This document shows positions 56,994 to 64,000 of a stretch of 64,000 nt of DNA, piece by piece. A program made the position numbers and the translations under genes. Every line of letters starts with the position of its first letter. Positions within the stretch are counted from its first letter, which is position 1. The DNA is from Bacteroidales bacterium (GTDB lineage: Bacteria; Bacteroidota; Bacteroidia; Bacteroidales; P3), in the NCBI GenBank assembly GCA_045601425.1, contig JAZRZP010000040.1:80081-144080 (forward strand). The letters run 5' to 3'. Under the pieces are notes generated by a model. It worked only from the letters and a program-made list of their open reading frames with translations. It was not told where the DNA came from and searched no databases.

Positions 56994-59483
56994 TTACTGC
57001 GGATCCACGTCGGGCAAGATACGGAGCCTGCCGTATTCTTTTTTCTGCAGCGTTTCTTCGATCAGTGCCATGATTTTCTGTTTTACGGCGGCAAGGGCAA
57101 CGTTCCGTTCCAGCCGTATCATTATGTTTTTCACAAACAGGTTTCTCACCCTCGAAACCATGGGATATTCCGGTCCCACAACACGGTTTCCCAGAAACTG
57201 CCTCAACCGTGTCGAAAGTTCATCGGCGGCTTTGTCGAGTACATCAGCTTCGGGGTGCTTCATTATTATGTATATCAGCTTGTGGTATGGCGGGTATTTG
57301 AAAGCGTTACGTTCCGTTATCTGGCTTTCGTACATTGAAAGGAAGTCATTTTCCATGACATTTCTGAGAACTCTGTGTTCCGGGCGGTAGGTCTGTATCA
57401 GCACTTTGCCACGTCTGCCGCGTCGTCCGGCACGTCCGCTCACCTGCGTCATCTGCTGGAAACTGCGTTCGAAAGCCCTGAAATCGGGGAACGAAAGCAT
57501 ATTGTCGGCGCTCATTATTCCCACAACGCTCACGTTGTCGAAATCCAATCCTTTCGTAACCATCTGCGTGCCTACGAGTATGTCGATGTTGCGTTCTTCG
57601 AAATCGCTTATGATGTCGGCATACCTGTTTTTTTTGCCTGAAGTCGTGTCAAGGTCAAGTCGGGCAATGTGGGCTTTAGGGAATAAAATCGAGAGTTCGT
57701 CTTCGATTCTTTCGGTGCCGAAGCCTTTCATTTCCAGATATGTGGAATGGCATTCGGGGCATTCGTGCGGCACCGGTACCGAATATCCGCAGTAGTGGCA
57801 CCGCAGTGTGCCGGTCTGTTTGTGGTAAACCAGCGACACGTCGCAGTTCTTGCATTCCGGTATCCATTTGCATGTATGGCATTCCACGTGCAGCGAAAAG
57901 CCGCGGCGGTTCTGGAAAAGTATCACCTGCTCGTGATTTTCGAGTGCTTCGCCGATGGCGGAAAGCAGCTTTTTTGAAAAATGCGACTGGGACTTTGCTG
58001 CGTCAGGTTCTTTCTTCATGTCCACAATCTCAATCTCGGGGAGTTCTGTCTCACCGTACCTCAGCGGCATTTCCACAAGGGCATATTTCCCGTTTTTTGC
58101 ATTGTAGAATGTTTCTATGGAAGGAGTTGCGGTGCCAAGCACAGCTTTGGCATTGTACAGGCGGGCGAGATAAATGGCCGAATCGCGGGCATTGTAGCGC
58201 GGAGCCGGTTCGTATTGCTTGTAAGAACTGTCGTGTTCCTCGTCGATGATGACGAGTCCCAGATCCCTGAAAGGCAAAAACATGGCTGACCTTGCACCGA
58301 GCAGTATCTGGTATCGGTCTTCTTTGTCGTCGCTGATGGTTTTTTTCCAAACTTCGGCTCGTTCGTTGGGCGTAAATTTGGAGTGATATACACCCACTTT
58401 CGTTCCGAAATATTTCCGCAAACGGTTTATGATTTGGGCTGTAAGTGCTATTTCAGGGAGAAGGTACAGTACTTGTTTGCCCTGTTTCACAACCTCGTTC
58501 ATCAGTTTTATGTAGAGTTCGGTTTTTCCGCTCGATGTAACTCCGTAAACCAAGGTGATGTCATGGGAACCGGGGTTTGTGATGTCTATTTTGTCAAAGG
58601 CATCTTGTTGTTGCCCCGTGAGTTTTATGCTGTCGGCACTGGTGATTTCCTCAAAATCGGCAAGGCGGCTCACCTGCTTGTCGTAACTTGTCAGCACTCC
58701 GTGTTTTATGAGGGTGTTCATGGCCGAAAGCGACAGGTTTTTGTCTTTTGTAAAAACCTTTTTCCGTATAGGTTCGTGACCCAACCTGCTGGCTTTGAGA
58801 AATGCCAAAAGTACGTTCAGCTGCTTTTGTGCCGACGGTTTTTTCTCGAGCGTGTCGAAAAGTTCCTTGCCCTTTTCGGGGTCGAGATATACGGGATTCA
58901 GCATCAGGTAGGTTTCGGTTTTCGGCGTGTAGCGTTGCCGTACTTCCTCTTCCAAAATGATGATTTTCTTTTCAATCATCGTTCTGATTACGGGCATGAT
59001 TTTCTGCGTGTCGATGATTTTGGAAACTACGGAAACGGCAATGGCGTTTTCCCGCGACAGAACTTCAAGTATCTTGATTTCGTTTTCGGAAAGATTTTCC
59101 AGCTCGCCTGAAAAATCGGGGTGTACAAGCACTACCGACTCGCTTTCGAGACGGTACGCTGAAGGCAGTGCGACAGCCATTACGTCACCGGTATAACACA
59201 TGTAATATCCGGCAATCCATTCCCAAAATTCCAGTTGTGTTTCGGTGACAATGGGCTGCGAGTCGAGAATGGCGCTTATGTACTTTACGGTCCTGTAGTC
59301 CGGTGCCTGCTGGTGAATGCGTCTTACTACTGCCGAATATATCCTTTTGGCTCCGAACTGCACTGCAACTCTCTGTCCTACCTTTATGTCTTCGTTGTAT
59401 TCAAAAGGCACGCGATATGTATAGCATTGCGGCAGGTGCAATGGCAATATTACATCGGCAAAATATGTGACGCGTTCGGCCAT
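56994..59483 (-). CDS. priA: primosomal protein N' (replication restart helicase PriA)
   Basis: N-terminal 3'BD (YFADVILPLHLP...YTYRVP), Walker A GVTSSGKTE, DEEHD box (IIDEEHDSSYKQ) and a Cys-rich zinc-binding region (CHTCKWIPECKNCDVSLVYHK...CHYCG). Confidence 0.9.
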   Translation of the reverse strand: MAERVTYFADVILPLHLPQCYTYRVPFEYNEDIKVGQRVAVQFGAKRIYSAVVRRIHQQAPDYRTVKYISAILDSQPIVTETQLEFWEWIAGYYMCYTGDVMAVALPSAYRLESESVVLVHPDFSGELENLSENEIKILEVLSRENAIAVSVVSKIIDTQKIMPVIRTMIEKKIIILEEEVRQRYTPKTETYLMLNPVYLDPEKGKELFDTLEKKPSAQKQLNVLLAFLKASRLGHEPIRKKVFTKDKNLSLSAMNTLIKHGVLTSYDKQVSRLADFEEITSADSIKLTGQQQDAFDKIDITNPGSHDITLVYGVTSSGKTELYIKLMNEVVKQGKQVLYLLPEIALTAQIINRLRKYFGTKVGVYHSKFTPNERAEVWKKTISDDKEDRYQILLGARSAMFLPFRDLGLVIIDEEHDSSYKQYEPAPRYNARDSAIYLARLYNAKAVLGTATPSIETFYNAKNGKYALVEMPLRYGETELPEIEIVDMKKEPDAAKSQSHFSKKLLSAIGEALENHEQVILFQNRRGFSLHVECHTCKWIPECKNCDVSLVYHKQTGTLRCHYCGYSVPVPHECPECHSTYLEMKGFGTERIEDELSILFPKAHIARLDLDTTSGKKNRYADIISDFEERNIDILVGTQMVTKGLDFDNVSVVGIMSADNMLSFPDFRAFERSFQQMTQVSGRAGRRGRRGKVLIQTYRPEHRVLRNVMENDFLSMYESQITERNAFKYPPYHKLIYIIMKHPEADVLDKAADELSTRLRQFLGNRVVGPEYPMVSRVRNLFVKNIMIRLERNVALAAVKQKIMALIEETLQKKEYGRLRILPDVDPQ

Positions 59484-59502
59484 AAGTGTTTACATGCGAG
59501 CT

Positions 59503-59940
59503 TTATTCCTGTTTGTCGAACGAAAGTGCGAGGCTCTCGTTCTGGTAGAGTTCAAGCGACTTGTCGGAGAGTTTGTAAGTGTTTACTTTGCGCAGTGTGG
59601 ATATGAAAAGTTTTTCGAGTTCCATGATGGTTTGCGGTCCGGCCATTTTGGTGCTCATTACGTCACCGAGTACTATTTTGCCGGGTTCCGGTTCTTCGTA
59701 GCTGCCGAAATATTTGTTGCATCCCGAAAATCCGTTGAAACTTTTGGCTTCGGAATTGAAACTGATGGTTATGGGTTTGAAATCACTGCTTAAAACGATA
59801 CTTTTGTTTTTGATGGCCTTCAGTATCCAAACTGTATCCACATCGGCTTTTGAAAAACTTTTGGTCTGTGTGCCTGAACTCGATTTGCACGAGATGCAAA
59901 GCAGGGCGACACAAATGATGGCTATTGCTCTTTTTATCAT
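59503..59940 (-). CDS. META domain lipoprotein (HslJ-like)
   Basis: Lipoprotein signal (VALLCISC). META-domain motif SFNGFSGCNKYFGSY. Confidence 0.6.
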   Translation of the reverse strand: MIKRAIAIICVALLCISCKSSSGTQTKSFSKADVDTVWILKAIKNKSIVLSSDFKPITISFNSEAKSFNGFSGCNKYFGSYEEPEPGKIVLGDVMSTKMAGPQTIMELEKLFISTLRKVNTYKLSDKSLELYQNESLALSFDKQE

Positions 59941-59977
59941 GATTTTTCGGGTTTATGAATTGTAATATTACATTGTT

Positions 59978-61144
59978 TCAGAAGACGTTGCAGATTTTTT
60001 CGAGTGCTTCCTTCAGGACGGCTTTTGGGCATCCGATGTTCAGACGGAAGAAGCCTTTGTAAAGTTCGCCGCCGAAATCGGTGCCGTCGTTGAGGGCAAT
60101 TTTGGCTTCTTCGAGCAGCCGGCGCTTTACTTCTTCGTGGGGGAGCTTCAAACCGTTGAAATCCAGCCATACGAGGAACGAGGCTTCGGGTTTCATCGGC
60201 ACTATCTGCGGCTTGTTGGCTTTGAAATAATTCATAGTATATTCCACATTCCCGGCAATGTAGTCCTTTGCTTGTCGCAGCCAGTCCTCACCGTGGCGGA
60301 ATGCGGCTTCGGCAGCGGTGTAGGCAAACACGTTGCCGTTGGCTACCTCATAGCCGTCGAGGTAGTTGAAATAGGTGTTCCTCAAACGTTCATCGGGTAT
60401 ATATGCCACCGAACTGCCCATGCCGGCTATGTTGAATGTCTTGCTCGGTGCAATGAATGTGATGCTGTTCTCCCGTGCTTCGGACGAAATGGTCGAAAAT
60501 GAAGTGTGAGAGAATCCGGGCAGTGTAAGGTCGGCATGTATTTCATCGCTTATTACCATGACGTTGTTTCTCTTGCAAGCTTCCGAAATTTTCAGCAGTT
60601 CTTCTCTGCTCCATACTCTTCCTCCGGGATTGTGAGGATTGGACAGTATGAACATTTTGCAGCCCTTCGCTTTCCGTTCAAAATCCTCGAAATCGATGTA
60701 CAGCCTGCCGTTCTCGGTTTTCTGGTGGCTGCATACGAGTTCGCGTCTGCCGAAATTCGGAAGGTTTACGAAAGGCGGATAGACCGGAGGTGTTATCATG
60801 ATTCTGTCGCCTTCATGCGTGAAAGCCTGTATGGCAAAAGCTATGGCGGCTACAATACCCGGCACAAAATGCAACTCGTTTTTTCTTGCAGATATATTGT
60901 AATGTTTTGACAACCAATTTGTTATTGCTTCAAAATAAGAGTTTCCGCCAAAGGTATAAGCCAAAACTTCGTGTTTACAACGCTCTTTTATAGCATCTAT
61001 CACAAAGTCGGGAGAACGGAAATCCATGTCGGCAACCCACATCGGCATGAGGTCGTTGGAACCGAAATCGCGGAGCATCATGTCGTGCTTTACGCACGAC
61101 GTACCTTTACGATTGATTATCTCGTCAAAATTATATTCTTTCAT
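59978..61144 (-). CDS. PLP-dependent C-S lyase (MalY/PatB family cystathionine beta-lyase)
   Basis: 388 aa; class I/II aminotransferase fold, with MalY/PatB-like N-terminus and size. Confidence 0.75.
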   Translation of the reverse strand: MKEYNFDEIINRKGTSCVKHDMMLRDFGSNDLMPMWVADMDFRSPDFVIDAIKERCKHEVLAYTFGGNSYFEAITNWLSKHYNISARKNELHFVPGIVAAIAFAIQAFTHEGDRIMITPPVYPPFVNLPNFGRRELVCSHQKTENGRLYIDFEDFERKAKGCKMFILSNPHNPGGRVWSREELLKISEACKRNNVMVISDEIHADLTLPGFSHTSFSTISSEARENSITFIAPSKTFNIAGMGSSVAYIPDERLRNTYFNYLDGYEVANGNVFAYTAAEAAFRHGEDWLRQAKDYIAGNVEYTMNYFKANKPQIVPMKPEASFLVWLDFNGLKLPHEEVKRRLLEEAKIALNDGTDFGGELYKGFFRLNIGCPKAVLKEALEKICNVF

Positions 61145-61170
61145 TACGGAAAATATGATTGCGGTGTTTT

Positions 61171-63033
61171 TCAGAATTCGTCAAAGGGTTCTTCGTCAAA
61201 TGGTTTTTCGTCACCCAAGCGCAGGTCTTTCACGTTGAGCTGTGTCTCTGTTCTGCCTTGCCAGAAATTTTCTTCTATGTGGTAGCAGATGTAGAAGTGT
61301 GCTCCATTCCGTATTTCCTCGGCGTATTCTCCCAGCGAAAAACCTATGGCCGGATACTGTTTGGAAGTCTTGTTTATCTGAGTTACTTCGAATTTCAGGT
61401 GTTTGGGGCTGTCATTGCCGACTTCGCGGGCATATCCGGTGTCCACAAGGTTGCCGGTAGCGAATATCGGCAGCATGTTGCCTGGTCCGAAGGGTGCAAA
61501 TTTTTTCAGAATATTTAGGAAGTTGGGGTCGTTGTCCACATCATCGTGAAAGTCGATTACGGCATCGATTTCAATTTCGGGTATAGTCTGATTTTGTGGA
61601 ATGGTGTCAGCCACAATGATTTCGAAGCGTTCCACGAATTTGTCGAAATTTTCCGGTCGCAGTGCCACGCCGGCAGCGTATTTGTGTCCGCCGAAATGTT
61701 CCAGAAGGTCGGAGCACCGGTCGATGGCCGAATATATGTCGAAATCCTTCACCGAACGTGCCGAACCCGTGTACAGATCGCCTGAGAGTGTGAAGACGAT
61801 AGTCGGTTTGTAGTACTCTTCGACAAGGCGTGATGCCACTATTCCTATTACGCCCTTGTGCCATGACTTGTCGAAAAGGACAATGGTTTTTTTCTTCTGA
61901 AGGTCGGGATTTCTGTTTATTGTACATTTGGCCTCGTCGGTTACCTGACGGTCGAGTTCCTTGCGTTGCCTATTGTAGTCGTTTATTTCACTTGCAATTT
62001 TTTTTGCTTCGCTAAAACCTTTGCACAAAAGGAGCCGGACGGAATCTCTTGCGTCTTTTATGCGACCCGCCGCATTTATTCTCGGTCCTACAAGGAAAAC
62101 AAGGTCGGAGATGTTTATTTCCTTGCTGAAGTAGTTTTTTTTGTCCAGCAGCGTTTCGGCACGTTTTATGTTGCCGTAAAGCAGTATGGCTTCGATTCCC
62201 GGACGTGGAGATGTGTTTATCTTGCGCAGGCCGAAATATGCGAGTATTCTGTTTTCGCCCGTGATGGGCACTATGTCGGAAGCAATGCTGACCACGGTGA
62301 GGTCTATATATCCCCAGAGTTCTTTTTCGAGTTGTTTGTATTTGCTGCAGAGAGGGTTGCTTTCATCGGTTATCTTGTCGCACATACGGACACCGTATTC
62401 GGATTCCAGAATGGCTTCCACAATTTTGAACCCTATGCCGCAGCCGGAAAGTTCCTTGCAGGGGTACGGGCAGTCGTTGCGTTTCGGATCCACGATGGCA
62501 AAGGCAGCCGGAAGTTCGTCTCCCGGCAGGTGGTGGTCAGCGACTATGATGTCGATGTTCTTCTCGTTGGCATAGGCTATCTGTTCGTTGGCACGTATGC
62601 CGCAGTCAAGTGCAATTACGAGTTTTACGTCATGTTCACAGGCATAGTCGATGCCTTCGATTGAGATGCCGTATCCTTCCTTGTACCGGTCTGGAACATA
62701 GAAGTCGATGTTTCTGTAACGTTTTTCAAGAAAAGAGTAAACGAGTGCCACCGCTGTCGTGCCGTCGGTGTCGTAGTCGCCGTAGACAAGGATGTTTTCG
62801 TTGTTTGCAATTGCCTTCCGTACACGTTCCACTACCTTGTCCATGTCTTTCATCATGAACGGGTCATGGAGGTTGGACAGATGAGGGTTGAAAAAGGATA
62901 TGGCTTCGTCGCGGTTGGTAATGCCGCGCTCTGCGAGCAATGTCGCTACGACTTCACTCGCACCGAGTTTCCTGATGTTTTCAACGGCCTCGGCATCATA
63001 ATCCTTTCTCAATATCCAACGTTTCTCTTTCAT
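61171..63033 (-). CDS. recJ: single-stranded-DNA-specific exonuclease RecJ
   Basis: DHH motifs (ILVYGDYDTDGTTAVAL; IVADHH) and a DHHA1 region; acidic C-terminal tail. Confidence 0.85.
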   Translation of the reverse strand: MKEKRWILRKDYDAEAVENIRKLGASEVVATLLAERGITNRDEAISFFNPHLSNLHDPFMMKDMDKVVERVRKAIANNENILVYGDYDTDGTTAVALVYSFLEKRYRNIDFYVPDRYKEGYGISIEGIDYACEHDVKLVIALDCGIRANEQIAYANEKNIDIIVADHHLPGDELPAAFAIVDPKRNDCPYPCKELSGCGIGFKIVEAILESEYGVRMCDKITDESNPLCSKYKQLEKELWGYIDLTVVSIASDIVPITGENRILAYFGLRKINTSPRPGIEAILLYGNIKRAETLLDKKNYFSKEINISDLVFLVGPRINAAGRIKDARDSVRLLLCKGFSEAKKIASEINDYNRQRKELDRQVTDEAKCTINRNPDLQKKKTIVLFDKSWHKGVIGIVASRLVEEYYKPTIVFTLSGDLYTGSARSVKDFDIYSAIDRCSDLLEHFGGHKYAAGVALRPENFDKFVERFEIIVADTIPQNQTIPEIEIDAVIDFHDDVDNDPNFLNILKKFAPFGPGNMLPIFATGNLVDTGYAREVGNDSPKHLKFEVTQINKTSKQYPAIGFSLGEYAEEIRNGAHFYICYHIEENFWQGRTETQLNVKDLRLGDEKPFDEEPFDEF

Positions 63034-63050
63034 TTATGCGAATAAAACCG

Positions 63051-63058
63051 CAAAGATA
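63051..63058 (-). promoter_or_regulatory. -7 promoter box (GTATCTTTGCGG on minus) for recJ
   Basis: CAAAGATA on plus, 18 bp upstream of the recJ ATG, implying a very short leader. Confidence 0.45.
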
Positions 63059-63416
63059 CACTTTTTTTTGCAAATAATTAGAATTATTTTTTCAAGATTG
63101 TGCTTTTTGCTTCCTAAAATTTTAAGAAACAAAGTCTTAATGTGTTTATATTTTTTTGCCATAATAATATTAAAGTACTCCGTTTGTTCCCCGAAAAAAT
63201 GAATTCCGGTTTTTTTCTGAACCATACAACATCGTTTTTTTTTTTGAAGAAAAATGGGTTGAAAAATGTTGAAAACCTTGAAAAATGCAGAAAAAAACAA
63301 GTCTTTTTGTGACGTTTTCCAGAAAATAGAGTTTTTGTAATGTCTTAAAAGCCAAATTGTTGTAAAAAAAATACAAAAATAATGCAAAAAAACTTGGAGT
63401 TTTTGAGGAAAGATAG

Positions 63417-63424
63417 TATCTTTG
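63417..63424 (+). promoter_or_regulatory. -7 promoter box TATCTTTG (AGTATCTTTGCAC) for rpsF-rpsR
   Basis: Perfect extended consensus 45 bp upstream of the rpsF ATG. Confidence 0.55.
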
Positions 63425-63468
63425 CACTCCGAAAAATAAAGTAAAAACAATTCAAAAAACACAAAAAA

Positions 63469-63828
63469 ATGGTAAAACAATACGAAACCGTTTTCATTAT
63501 GACTCCCGTTTTGTCTGATGATCAGATGAAGGAAACGGTAAAAAAGTACCAGGATTTCTTGACGGAAAATGGTGCAGAGATAATTTATACCAACAATTGG
63601 GGTTTGAAGAAATTGGCTTATCCAATTCAGAAGAAAACCACTGGGTTCTACTACCTTATAGAATTCAAGGCTGAAGGTAGCTTGATAGCAACCTTGGAAA
63701 CTGCTTACAAACGCGATGAACGTTTGCTCCGTTTCCTGACAGTATCGTTGGACAAACACGCAATTGCTTACAACGAAAAGAAACGCAATGCCAAAAAGGA
63801 ACAACCTGAAGCAGTAGCAGAAAACTAA
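63469..63828 (+). CDS. rpsF: 30S ribosomal protein S6
   Basis: [13 protein letters not shown]...FYY pattern of S6; 119 aa. Confidence 0.9.
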   Translation: MVKQYETVFIMTPVLSDDQMKETVKKYQDFLTENGAEIIYTNNWGLKKLAYPIQKKTTGFYYLIEFKAEGSLIATLETAYKRDERLLRFLTVSLDKHAIAYNEKKRNAKKEQPEAVAEN

Positions 63829-63855
63829 AAGTTTAACCCAAAACATGAATTAGAT

Positions 63856-64000
63856 ATGGCAAACGATACAGAAATAAAATATTTGACTCCTATCGCAGTT
63901 GAAACACAGCGCAAGAAATATTGCAGATTCAAGAAATTAGGCATCAAATACATTGATTATAAAGACGCTGATTTCCTTTTGAAATTCGTCAATGAACAGG
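63856..64000 (+). CDS. rpsR: 30S ribosomal protein S18 (5' part; 3' end beyond the window)
   Basis: ATG at 63856; S18 N-terminal pattern (KKYCRFKKLGIKYIDYKDADFLLKFVNE). Confidence 0.8.
   Translation, partial: MANDTEIKYLTPIAVETQRKKYCRFKKLGIKYIDYKDADFLLKFVNEQ

Overview
This 64 kb window is a chromosomal segment of a Bacteroidales-type genome (about 47% GC). It shows Bacteroidetes '-7' promoter boxes of the form TAnnTTTG upstream of many genes and a T9SS type-B C-terminal domain cargo protein. Coding density is high (about 54 CDS). No rRNA, tRNA, CRISPR array, transposase or integrase was found.

Housekeeping genes dominate:
- two RecQ-family helicases, RecJ and PriA
- KdsD/KpsF-like isomerase plus LptB
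- peptidase T and an ECF sigma factor
- an AtoE-like short-chain fatty acid transporter
- an F-type ATPase delta-alpha-gamma trio (atpHAG) with no a/c/b subunit genes upstream
- ThiL, a ClpC-like AAA+ chaperone and an OmpA-family protein
- CutC, tryptophanase, a PatB/MalY C-S lyase and ribosomal proteins S6/S18

Accessory content:
- a chromosomal class A beta-lactamase homolog (CfxA/CblA-like) next to an unusual TfoX_N - CAT-family - DUF5131 (Gp37/Gp68) operon and a SanA gene
- a Fic-family protein with a Doc-like NKR motif whose catalytic His is replaced by Gln; its promoter carries a 16-bp direct repeat and is followed by a 1.7 kb AT-rich islet (about 28% GC) encoding two unknown proteins
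- an MBOAT plus two SGNH-hydrolase O-acetylation operon
- a type-B CTD T9SS cargo protein lacking an adjacent PorP/SprF gene but followed by a PorE-like TPR/beta-propeller gene
- a large lipoprotein gene whose start codon appears mutated (ATG->AGT)
- a CYTH-domain fusion protein

Several rho-independent terminators and repeated regulatory motifs are annotated. All functional calls rest on motif and homology recognition by eye and should be confirmed by database searches.
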